DNA of 63,389 nucleotides, filler included, from Conidiobolus incongruus B7586 (Eukaryota): NCBI GenBank assembly GCA_000697335.1. It is 10 parts of 10 records of this genome, joined end to end, with 100 filler letters (N's around TTAATTAATTAA, not from the genome) between each part and the next. Parts side by side here need not be neighbours in the genome. Positions count along the whole stretch, not along the records: positions 38,427 to 45,196 come from JNEM01000247.1; positions 45,297 to 50,899 come from JNEM01000248.1; positions 51,000 to 59,556 come from JNEM01000249.1; 7 more parts are not named here. One strand, 5' to 3'. Shown piece by piece: positions 40,309 to 52,829 of this stretch (position 1 is its first letter; each line of letters starts with the position of its first letter). The notes under the pieces were generated by a model. It saw only the letters and a program-made list of their open reading frames with translations, ran no database searches and was not told where the DNA came from. The position numbers and the translations under genes were made by a program.

Positions 40309-40548
40309 TTAACTGTACTCATCTTTAGATTTTACTAATCTCATTATGGGTGCTGTAATTGGTGATAAAGAAGGCAAGATTATTCTCTCTGTTACTGGAC
40401 ATAATATGGGGATATAAACTGGACAGATACTACTGTTATCCTCGCTAATTATCTGAATACTTACATCATCCCCGACTCCAAAAATTGGAATACTATGATA
40501 TAAACTTAAATAACCAATCAAAATGTTTGTAGCTGTTCTTAGTTTCAT
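40309..40548 (-). CDS. Small probably secreted hypothetical protein (79 aa)
   Basis: ATG start, signal-peptide-like N-terminus, GC above background, two CPV motifs and TATAAATA about 55 nt upstream. Confidence 0.6.
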   Translation of the reverse strand: MKLRTATNILIGYLSLYHSIPIFGVGDDVSIQIISEDNSSICPVYIPILCPVTERIILPSLSPITAPIMRLVKSKDEYS

Positions 40549-43500
40549 TGTTGTAAATGGTTATGAGTGAAAAAATTTATGTTGATTATTAAAGTTGGGT
40601 TATTTATATTGGAAACGTTATTAGCTATATTATCACAAATTCAATAGTTTTTAATAAATTTGTTTGAAAGTTTTATTTCAACAATTAAAACTCCTTATTT
40701 AAACACTACATCAATTCTGAAATGAGACCAGGGGTGTAATCAGCCATGATTTAGAATGCATTTAGTTTCAAAATTAATAGTATTAAAGCTTGCTTTAGCC
40801 ACATTTGAAAACAAAGTAACCAATTACATATTCTACATTATCAATAGTTAATAAAACAAGTATCAACTAAAGATTATTTGAAAATATTAGACATTAGAAA
40901 GTTGATATATATAATACATACTTTAATAATACTCTATAATATATATATAAATAAAAAAAGATATAATATATTGATAATAAAACGCAAAATTTTGGGGATT
41001 ATTTTTCAATTTATGTATTAAAATAATTAGTCTATTAAATTAAATTCTTTTTTCAAATGTTTTAAATTATAAATATTATAAAATTTCAAATCATACACTA
41101 TAAAATAGTTTATTTTTTTAAACCAATATAATCATAAATTGAATTTTGTTAAAAGATTAATGAAAATGTAAGATATATTGATCAATAAGGTATATAATTA
41201 AAAATTACAATATATAACAAAATTTAAATGATCAGAATTAATTAATCAGTATATAATATAAACTTAATAAATTCAAATTCAATATATTTAATTTGAGAAT
41301 AGTTCTTTCGATATATGATGTAACCTATAAAAATTATTTTTGCAAATATATAATGAAATTACGATTAAAATTAAAAAAAATATATTTCAATATAAATGTC
41401 GAATATATTGGTTATTATAAATATTTGATAATTCATTATTTAATATTCAATATAATAAATATATGCATGTATAATTGCTAAAATATACTTATAATATCAA
41501 TTTATAAATATTAAATCCTCAATTTAAATTTCATTGAAATTTATAGTGTAACAGTTCTTGGCAAAGCTAATTTGTTGATATGTAAAATTGAAAAATTCAT
41601 TTAGTATATTGATTGTATATAGCCCATTTGATTTGCTATGACTAATGCTTATATCCAATAACTATTTATTTATTCAATTTATATTTTTCAATCGTAAAAA
41701 CTAGTCTGTTCAATCCCAATTGTTGATTATAAATGATTGCTTTAATATGTTGTATTATGAAAGATATTAAATGTTATGGAATTTCTACTTTGCGAATTAA
41801 TTGTCGATATTGTACAAATAAAGATTTAAATGCTTTAAAATTTCATAGTTCAGAGGATCTAAGAAACAGATTACATACTATAGATTTTGTAATATACTAT
41901 CAATTGAAATTTGATTAACCAAACAAAATCAATATTTAATACAAACATGTTTTTAATTAGTCTATCCCATTTGGCTATAGATTCACTTTTTTGAATCGTT
42001 TTATAATAAAGATAGTATTTCTATATAGTCAACTCGAAATTTTACAATCTTAATTCTGATCCTATTAAATATTGAAGTTATAAATACCCGCCAAATTTTA
42101 TTGTAAAGACAATTGAAAATATCATTTGGTGGATTTCAAAAATAATGTATTGAACTTTATTATATCAGAGTTAAAACAGTATAATTCAGGTTAGGCTGTA
42201 AGGTTTTAAAGTAAAATATATAATAAAATCGTATTAATGATATTGAGTAATAATTTGCATGTTTCCGTTTACACTCTTTTGTATATATGTATTGGAGGTT
42301 TGATAGATTTCATCAAGGTGATTATTTTACCATTACAAATAAAATTACTCTGTTATTGATTAAAAAAATATTTATGAAATTTAGTAGAATATCAGCTATT
42401 TTAAAATAGCAATATTTCTGGAATTAATATAATTATTGAAAAATTTATTTAATCCTGGTATATATAATTGTAGTTTGTGAATAAATATTTTTTAATATTT
42501 CCTGGTTAATTATTTTCATTAAGTGCTTTTATTAGACAGAAAATCTTATTTACATTTAAATCAAATAGAATATCTCTTTATATTACCATTGCTTTATGAT
42601 ATGATAATTATAATATTCTGAATTGTAAAGTACACAGAGTTGGTTTTTTCTGTTTTATTTAATGACAATTTTTTTTCAATTTATTACACTATCTCCTTAT
42701 TTCCGATCTTGAACTCTTGAGGTAGCTGAAATAAATATTAATTGTTATATTTCAAATTATCATATGAGTAGATAATGAAGCATAACGAATCTGATTGTTC
42801 ATAATTTTTCAACAAAAAAATAAAATTATTTTAACAGTGTAATAAAGTATATTGTTTTGTTCATATGTTGCTACTCTAATAGCAAAAATTTTTCGAATAT
42901 ATCAAATATACTATATAGATATGTAATATGAGAATTATTTGATCTATATAATCATATACACTTAATCAAAAAATTTAATCAACCTTATTAAATGATAAGA
43001 ATAATCATAGCAAAAAATTAATAAATCGAGTTGATATAGAATATTACAAAAATTACTAAATATTAGATCTTTAATATAGAGGTTACAATTCATAAAAAAC
43101 AATATATTCTTATATGAAGTTCAAACAAATAGGTATAATTTTTTTGAAGTTTACTAATATTTTTCAAGTTAAATAAAGATCTTTTAAAAAAATATCACTA
43201 TAAAAATATGAATTACATATCCTTTGTATAAAAATTTGTAATAATTTAATTTAATGATAGAATATTCAAAATTAAAAAATGATAATTCTAGTTTGATGTA
43301 TATCATTTGATAAATATACTATCTATTGATATAAACTATACCAGTAAAATTTATATTGACTGTAAAAAAATAATTAAATTGCGTAATTTAATTTCAATAT
43401 TTGTCAAGCCACTTCAAAAATCATTTCATTTTATCTATTAATCAAAATATATTTCCCAAAATTTAATAATATAGAATATATAAATTGAGTGAATATATTT

Positions 43501-43555
43501 ACCTTAACTATTATTATTATTGAAAATTGAGAAATTCAAAGTAATACAACTCGAA

Positions 43556-44440
43556 ATGAATCCTGCAATTATATCAGCAGAATTTTTCATTTTAATTTCT
43601 GGGAGGTTTAAAGCTATAAAAGTAATTAATAATATATTAACCGTAGTTAACACTCACTATTCTCAAGGTTCAAAATTTCAATATTCCAAAATTAACAATT
43701 TGAATATATTAACATATCGAGGTCAATACGTCACCATAAAAGATAGTATATTAAAAGTTGCTATTGATAACGAGGATTTTAGCTCACTGATAATAGTTGA
43801 GAAACAATGCAATCCAAGTTTCAAACTTAAGCATATGGACGGTTACCTTGATGAAAATTTGGTGACCTGTACATTTGGCCAAGCAGTTGATTTTCAGTGG
43901 ATGCGATTATATGAAATCCCTTCAGCTCAATATATTAAAGAAATTAGAAAATTTACATCATTATTTATCAAACAAGAGAGCATTCTTATTTCATCTGACG
44001 GTATCGATCTTTTTTCAAGCAATGTCACTTTCCATGCACTTGTCAACAATATATGGGATATGAGTGTCACATATTTTAGCAACAATTCGTTTAAATTATT
44101 ATTCCATTTACAATATTTTCAGTCAGGTTGTAAATTCCAATTTCATAGTATTAACAATTATATATATGTTTTTTCACCAGATGCTGGATATCTAGGCATT
44201 GATAAAAATAAGTATAATGATTGTGAGATATTTTTCTCTAAATATTTACCAGATTGTCCTATTACACTATATTCAACTAAGAAACGTGGAGTATATATGC
44301 TTGGTTCGAATGGGAGGTATATAAACCTTGGTTGGACTGATTCCATGAATACCATATACTATTTAGTCGAAAATATTTCAAATGCTGCTGAATTTCAATT
44401 TTTCACCATTGATAATTATAAATATAATATTGAAAATTAA
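43556..44440 (+). CDS. Hypothetical beta-rich protein with internal duplication (possible tandem beta-trefoil)
   Basis: Long intronless ORF. The first ATG is at 43556, about 75 nt after TATATAAA. Repeated segments: YSQGSKFQYSKINN / YFQSGCKFQFHSINN and QAVDFQW / NAAEFQF. Confidence 0.8.
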   Translation: MNPAIISAEFFILISGRFKAIKVINNILTVVNTHYSQGSKFQYSKINNLNILTYRGQYVTIKDSILKVAIDNEDFSSLIIVEKQCNPSFKLKHMDGYLDENLVTCTFGQAVDFQWMRLYEIPSAQYIKEIRKFTSLFIKQESILISSDGIDLFSSNVTFHALVNNIWDMSVTYFSNNSFKLLFHLQYFQSGCKFQFHSINNYIYVFSPDAGYLGIDKNKYNDCEIFFSKYLPDCPITLYSTKKRGVYMLGSNGRYINLGWTDSMNTIYYLVENISNAAEFQFFTIDNYKYNIEN

Positions 44441-44639
44441 TAAATTTAATTGGAATAATTTTCCAATATCTTGTATATCATTTGATAATATCAATATTAA
44501 AGATATAATTTAATACACCATCCAATTTAAATATTTTAGTTATTACTAATTGAAATTTTCTATTAATGAAAATTACTTTAGTTAAAATTCCAAAATATAT
44601 AGAAGTTATAATATCCAATCTATATAATGTATTAAATAC

Positions 44640-45196
44640 AATATTACTTTAAATCTGGTTTATTAATATTACTTCATAATTTATATAATTGGAATTTTTT
44701 GCAACTGAAAAAAATAAACATTTTAATTTATAATCAATAGAAATAACAATAAAATATAAATTTAATAGTTTTTATTTTTAATAATTTTTTGCTATATTTT
44801 TAATAAAACTTTAAAACTTAAGAAATAATTCATTTTATTAAAGACTAATATTTGATATTTTATAAACCAATTAAATATTCTTATAGAAATTTTTTTTCTT
44901 ATAATCTAGTCTTTTAATTATTTAAAATAATTATAATTATATCAGTTATAATTTAAAGAATAAACTAGGTATGGTAGTTTTTTCAAGTTATTTTTAATTA
45001 GAAAAATATTTATAAATTTAATTTTATATATTTCATAATAATTATGTAAAATAATAAGTTTCTTAAATTATATTAAGAATATCAATGAGAAATAGCTTTA
45101 TTTAAAAAAACAATATAAAATTTATTATTGATTGATTTATTTTAAAAACTATATAAAAATATATATATAATATTTTAATTAAATATAATAATTAAA
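44640..45196 (-). repeat. Copy of dispersed AT-rich repeat (inverted)
   Basis: The reverse complement contains AAAATAACTTGAAAAAACTACCATACCTAG. It runs into a gap. Confidence 0.75.
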
Positions 45197-46505
45197 NNNN
45201 NNNNNNNNNNNNNNNNNNNNNNNNNNNNNNNNNNNNNNNNTTAATTAATTAANNNNNNNNNNNNNNNNNNNNNNNNNNNNNNNNNNNNNNNNNNNNTTTT
45301 TATATTATTATTTTAAGTTAAGAATTTCCTTATATTAAATTTTTATTATATTAAAACTATTAAATTTAAGTTATATAAATAATTAAAACTTTTATCATAA
45401 TTTTATATTATATATTCAAAATGATAAATTTAAAAAATCAATTTTATTTGATATTTTAGTTTTGTTCAAAAAAGGAATTTATCTATAATAACTCATATTG
45501 CAATAAATTATAATATTTTAATATATAATTAATAATTTGACTTTATTATTTTTAAAACAATATATTTTTTCTTATAATATTTCTAATTTTAAAATATCTG
45601 ATATTATGGTATATTCAATATATTCTTTGATATATAAAAAGGTATTGGAAATGACTTTAAGTTAATTTTGACAATTATAAAGCTGTTATTTCCTTACAAG
45701 GTTTGTAATTGAAGTTGAAATAAGTAATAAAATTTTTATATTTTGTGATATATAATTTTGTATAATTAATTAAAACATATTTTCAATTTAATCGAATTTA
45801 AAAATATTTAAATTTATAGAATATACTCTTTTCTTTTATAAATTGATTTAAAAGTAAATACAAACATTCAAAAAAGTCATTATATCATCAATGTGTGAAA
45901 AATTATAGCTTAATATATTTGTAATTTTGGTTATAATATTATTGGAAGATTTATATTCTATTTTCTAAAGTAGTTTTTTTATCCAATAAAATAGCTTAGT
46001 ATGCGCTCAATACTTGAAATTATTATTTTCATTTTTTTTTTGAAATATTAGAGAATAACTATGAAATTGATTAAGTATTATTAGAATAAAAATTTATGTG
46101 TCATTTCATAATAAAATTTATTAACAATGATTAAAATCAAATTTATTTCTTTTGAATTATAAATGATTTCATCAACTATTTATTTCAAACAAATTGTCAT
46201 GCGAATTTAATTTAATTAATTCAATCCAAATAACTCTTTGGAATATTAAGTCCTTTCAATTCAATATATAACAAATTTATAATTTGAATGCTTTAATACA
46301 TTAAATGTTTACAACAATATTATAAAGTTGATTAATTACTCGAATTTAGGTCATTTAACTTTTATTAAATAAAACTCTCAAATACAATTCGAAGATGACA
46401 ATATTTAATTTACGTATTAGTTATTATGAAAATAATTTATTACTAAATACAACATTTCAAAATTTAATATTTATATTTTTTGAAATAATTTTACAATTTT
46501 AAGCT

Positions 46506-47450
46506 CTATTTGAATTCATCTACAAATTTGAAAAATTCTAAATATGTCTCTGGGTGTAAATAGATAGTTAATAATGGATTAAATAGAGAAACCAATTGAC
46601 TAAGTATGACAATTAACCAGTCTTCCTCAACTGAGCGATCCAGGCCGCGATCAGGTTTCAAGATAAATGAAATGACAGGAGGATAGAAAGCTAAAAAATA
46701 TACCAATGATATGATACCAAAATTAATAAACATCATATGCTTTTGTCTTTTATATCGCATTTCCACCTCCACTTCCCCCTTTATATTCGATTCTTTAATT
46801 GAATTTTTAATCGATTGACTGATATAAATTGTACTTCCAAAATAACATATAATCACAATCAAAGCGCCTAACGTTAAGTAAGTAATTTCCAAAATCATTA
46901 AAACATTACTAATGTGGTTTGGAAGGGAAAAAGATACACATTGTATTCCTAAAGAGTTTTGTTTTGCAGTAGATTCGAGGCTGGAGTAGATGCCAATAGA
47001 TAGACTTAAACAAATATTTAATATCAAGAAAATGAACCAAAAAATACCAGGTATTTTCATACTCATGCACCCATTGAAAAATCTCATCATTGCCAGTGTT
47101 GCTATACACCACACTGCACTTCTGTAACTTGTCCCTATAGTTACAGCATTTATCTGACACAAATTACTCTCGGATCTTAAAATTTTTATACCATATGTTA
47201 GAATTATAGAATTATAAATAATTTGTTGTATACTCCATAATAAATCTATTATAGTAATTATCATCATAACAACCTTATAGGAAGAACACTTCTTAACTCT
47301 GAATATTAAAACGTATAAAAGAGTTATACCGAACATCGTGGCAAGGATAGAAATAATTGTGGTAGGTATGACTACTTTCAATACTTGATCCATTATAAGT
47401 ATATCAAAATTAATCAATAAAATTTCTAACAAAAGTGAAATTGAGGACAT
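46506..47450 (-). CDS. Class A (rhodopsin-like) 7TM GPCR; the true start may be the Met at 47393
   Basis: Seven hydrophobic segments, Cys at the top of TM3 (NLCQINA) and in ECL2 (GIQCVSF), MRF at the DRY position, FYP in TM6 and NPLLTIYLHPE in TM7. Confidence 0.88.
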   Translation of the reverse strand: MSSISLLLEILLINFDILIMDQVLKVVIPTTIISILATMFGITLLYVLIFRVKKCSSYKVVMMIITIIDLLWSIQQIIYNSIILTYGIKILRSESNLCQINAVTIGTSYRSAVWCIATLAMMRFFNGCMSMKIPGIFWFIFLILNICLSLSIGIYSSLESTAKQNSLGIQCVSFSLPNHISNVLMILEITYLTLGALIVIICYFGSTIYISQSIKNSIKESNIKGEVEVEMRYKRQKHMMFINFGIISLVYFLAFYPPVISFILKPDRGLDRSVEEDWLIVILSQLVSLFNPLLTIYLHPETYLEFFKFVDEFK

Positions 47451-50400
47451 TATTGCTATTTAAATATTTTATTTAGCATGAAATAAAGTGATATTTTTAT
47501 TTTCAACTTGTTTCATTTCTCTATTAAAAAGAGATTGTACAATCTATCCGCGATGTTTCAGTGAATGAGACAGTGTATCAATCAATACAGCTTGTTAACG
47601 AGCTATTTTAGATAGTTAAAAGTATTAGAATATGAATTAATACATATGGTTGGATTCACAGACTTCATATATATTATATATTATGGATAAAAATTATATT
47701 TAAAAAGCTTCAAAAGATATTGAAAATTGCTGAGACACTCAGGATAGATGTAAAATTTCTTCAATATTGAGAATGCATATTGACGATCATTCAATAATTA
47801 ATAAAATTTAGTTGTTTCTATTGGGTTAGACTCATTTATTATAAGCATAAAATCACTAAGTATCAAAAAAAAACTTTACAACCTCTTACTAGAGACAAGG
47901 CGTGTTAAAGTTTAATTAAAGCTGAGTAAATTAAAGAGATTTATGAGTTGAACTATAAATATAGCCAACCCTTTGGACAAATAATTATTCTAAAATTTTA
48001 ATAATTTCATTGCAAATTAAAAAATGATAATGGAATTAGTAATTTCAAAAAAATAATCAATTAAAATATTAAATATTACTGTTATGTATAATTTTATATT
48101 ATATATATATGTTCATATATAAAACTCACTATTCAATCTTAAATACTAAATATATCAAATTTGATATTTTTTAGCATCTCAAATTTAGTTTCTAATATTT
48201 GTTAACTTAATCATAATAACATCGCGAATGATTTGTAATATGATTGCTTCATATTAAATAATATCCTATTAATAATATATATTTTTGAACAAAGAAAATG
48301 AATATAAGATTAAAATATTCACTAATTTTTTTTCAAATCGAATAATTAGTATATATATTTTTAAAATGATTTAGATTTTCTAATCAAACTCACAATTCAA
48401 ATTTTCTTTAATCTTTCAGATTTTAGATGTGAGAAAAAATTTATTTTCCTAAAACCTTATTTATAATTAATTCAATCATATATTTCTAAAAAATAAAAAT
48501 TTTTAATAAGCTATTTTAATAATTTCAAGTAAAAGTATAAAATTAAATATCAATCAATTTATATGAAATATATTTTAAATATTAATTTATTAAATATAAC
48601 AGTAATAAAATAAAAAAATTTTTGAAATTTTATTGAATATATTAAAATTATTAAATCTTTATTCAATATTAATTTACCTTTTATCAACATATATATATAT
48701 ATATTTTAAAAATTTTTATAATTTTAAAATTTTCAATTTTTTGCTATAATATTATAATAATTGGGTTTTAATAAATTATTAAAATTATACTGAATTAGTT
48801 ATTATTTCCAACCAAATAATATAAATACTCTTCAAATAAAAATCTATTTTATTCTCTTTTATTTATAACTTAAATTTTTCAAATATATATTTATATTATT
48901 TAAAAATTTGAATTTTATAGTAAAAATTAAAAATTTATCTAATTTTGGAAATTAAATGAGATATTTGATTTATTTCCAAATTGAATCATTCAAAAATATA
49001 TTTATTTTTATTTAGTAAAATTTTTAATTTTTAAAATTAATTAATCAATTTAAGTTTTAATTTATTACATACTAATTTTGTTTTACCATATATATATGAT
49101 GAAATAAATATAACTATTAAATCATACTTAGTAATAATTCAAAATTACAATTATTATAAATCCATCCTTACTCTGATTTATTAGTGAAAGAAATCAATTT
49201 AAAACTGTAAAAAATAATTAATTATAAAATCAATACCTCATAATATAGGTAATGTTACTTGAAAAAGGTTTAAATAGATAATTGTTTTAAATTCTTTAAA
49301 ATTTTAATATTATTGTGAGCTTATTGTTTGAATTTTAACACATCGCATCTTTATTTCCAAACTGATAACAAATACCAGTCTTTAATCCCCTATTACTCAA
49401 GAAAGCTTTCACTAGTATTATGAATATATTTTTTCATATATGCTTTGATTCGGTAAAATAATAGATTTTCATTTATTCAGATATTACTCAAAATTTAAAT
49501 TATATTTATATTCACTAAATATATATTAAATATGATAATATAACCTATTCACATATTTTTCTTAAATTATTTTAAAAATTTTTGAAATTGTCTAATATTC
49601 TTAATTTATTCATTTCATATTGTTCTGTTATTAGATTCAATAATACAGAATATGGGTGTTATCAATGTAATAATGATTAATATGCTTTTAAAACCCATGT
49701 CTCTGAGGTGATTTTTCCTTTGAACTACAATTTCTACCTAAATTTTCATTTTGTATAATTATTATTGGATTGGCTAATGATTAAGTGGAAAATTTTAATT
49801 AATTGTTCTTATAATAATATAATTTGGTCCAGTGTTGTGTTTTATGTTTTATAAATAAGAATTGTTGTTAGAAAAGTACTTCAAATAAAATTTATTAAAT
49901 TACTTATTATTCCTGCTCTTTAACGTATCGAGACTTTATATCTTAAAACTTACTGTTGAGACATCGTAGCAGAATATTCAGAAAAACCTTATCTATCTAT
50001 ATCACTACTGGATTTAAATAGTTGATTCAGTGAATAATATACTAACAAAGAATATCCCTTGATTATAGACTGACAACCCTAGCTTAAATTGGAAATAATA
50101 TTGGTTTAACTATCAAATCAAGATGGTTGGTTAAATTTGAAATATAATATCAGTTTAATCAATGTATTGAAATATGAATATAAAATCACTACCCAACTCC
50201 AATTTCTAATCTATATTAATCGCATACTTAGTGTTATATTTTAGCTCGTTACAATACAAACAATTGATTATTTTTTGACGTTAAAAACTCAAATATTTCC
50301 CTCTTGATTATATTCATATAATAAATACTCATTTAAATAATTAATTAGTTCAGCAAGCATTAAAAATTTATTCTCAATCAACTAAAAATATATTGTATAC

Positions 50401-52535
50401 TCTTCCAAATAAGCTTTAAAATAATATTGAAAAATATCAATTCATGTATTATAAAAATAAACTAGTTTAATTTTTTAAATATAATTTTAACTAATAGCGT
50501 ATAAAAATATTTTTGTTGTCATGATTCTAGCTAATTCGTTTTAGATTGAACAGAATAAAATCATTTCCTCAGGTCAAATAACAATTAAATAATATATTTG
50601 GACTTATACATCTTTTTAGATTAATATTCAAATTTATTTCAACTAAACAATAAATAAAAAACTTAATTAAATTCCATGATCAACTTTTTTAAATTATTAT
50701 TCTATTATTAATATCAATAAATTAATATTTTATTTATAGATAATAATTTTGAATATCTTAAATAAAAATGGATTTATTATTTTAATTCAAAAACTTTAAT
50801 GGAAAATTTAAATATATTTTTTTAGTAAATATTTTTTGATAGATAAATTTTTAATTTTGATTATATTTAAAAATAAAATATTTATATTTTGTTTATAATN
50901 NNNNNNNNNNNNNNNNNNNNNNNNNNNNNNNNNNNNNNNNNNNTTAATTAATTAANNNNNNNNNNNNNNNNNNNNNNNNNNNNNNNNNNNNNNNNNNNNA
51001 TTTAATTACAAAATATAATATTGATAATAAATTTATAAAAATATTAACATTAATAAAAAATCATATTCAGAATGTCAATATGTAAAATATTTTATATAAT
51101 TAGGTTCCAATAGAGTTCTATATAATTACAAAATATTGATATTGTTTTTTACCTAAATAACGGTTGATATTCTAATAATCTTTGGATAAGATATATTTGA
51201 ACTTTATCAATTATATTATATCTAAGTTTAAGATAATATAATGGATGATGAAAACTATATTGATTTTTGACTTTTTCATATAAGACTAACTCTATTAATA
51301 TAATATACCTATAGATTAGTTTTTTCTTTTGTCTGATATAATTTTGATTCTTTTTGAAAATTAATTAAACAAATAAATAATATTTGGATAAATATATTAA
51401 AATTATTTCAGATTTAAACCATTTGAAGTATTATAAAGTTAACTATTGCCTTTTAATTTTAAACAATATTATTTAATGAATTCAAACTAGATAGCAGATA
51501 TTATATTATATCGATATCTTTAATACTAATATAAACTTTTATTGATAAGAATACTATCTTATTTATTTCAGATATCAATTATAATTAATGAATATTTATT
51601 TGAAATATCTCAAATTATTAAAAATGATCTTCTATATCTGTTATTATTATCGCTTATTGTTGAATTGAACTTTAAATCATTCTATATATTTTTTTATCTA
51701 TTGAAATTAATAGTCAGTATTATTTATTAAATATTAGTCTTTAACTTTACTAGAAATCTAAATTAATATTATTAATCCAATAATGTGATTTTTGGGTAAA
51801 ATTAACAAATTTTAATTGAATAATTGCAATATTTGAAATAGAAACATGATGAAATTGATATCAACCAAGAAATTTAATTTTATAATTATAATTACTTTTA
51901 TTTTGATAATAAAATATAAACTATGGAAATACATATTATTATCACTATTAACGCCCATTTTATATTTGAACAATTATGAGGTTTTGTCAAATTATATATA
52001 GAATTTGGTTATATAATGATCAAAAGAATGATTCGAATATTAATATATTGTTAAAATTATCAAATTGTTAATTTAAATAAAGAGACTAACTTGTGTATAT
52101 TTCAAATAATACTCTAAGTATTAAAAAATCATCAATACTAATACATTTTAATAATATTGCAAGAGTTGTTGTTAACTAAATAGACAATATATTTATACTC
52201 TACATATATGATATTGAGTTATTGAATAAATATTACATACAATTACTAAGATTGAATTTTCAAGATATTTGATTAAATAATAAAATCAATCAAAATTTGA
52301 AATAAGCTTGGATTGAAATTATTGATTTCCTTATAACCAATTAAATTTTGCTGTTTGAAATAAACAAATTTCAGTTCGCCCAGTATCCGCAAAGGCAAAT
52401 ATATTTCAATCACAATAGACATTAGTAATAATGAATTTATTGTGGTGATTAGTGCTGATCACTTATATATAAGCAACTTGATAGCATGCAAAAAAGTAAA
52501 TCAAAACAAATCAAATTATACTGTTAATAACTAAA

Positions 52536-52829
52536 ATGAAATTTCAAATCTCTCATATTTTATTTCTCAGCATGGTATCAGCCATGTCCATTCCTAACGG
52601 AGATCATGGAAAGAATCCAGGAGCTGGAAACAACTTAACTCTCGAAATGTTCAACATATTAAACTCTGCATTCTCTAAAGTCATCACAGAAGGAGGTGAT
52701 CCCAATGTTGTGATGCAAGAAGGTGTTAATGGACTCAAGACTTTCTTTGGTCCCATTATAGAAACTCTATTCGCAGGTACTCCATTTTGGAAAGAAGTGG
52801 CAGCTAAGACTATTAATGGTTTTCAATGA
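52536..52829 (+). CDS. Small secreted hypothetical protein (97 aa)
   Basis: AAAATG context, signal peptide MKFQISHILFLSMVSA, TATATAAG about 70 nt upstream and AATAAA downstream. Confidence 0.85.
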   Translation: MKFQISHILFLSMVSAMSIPNGDHGKNPGAGNNLTLEMFNILNSAFSKVITEGGDPNVVMQEGVNGLKTFFGPIIETLFAGTPFWKEVAAKTINGFQ

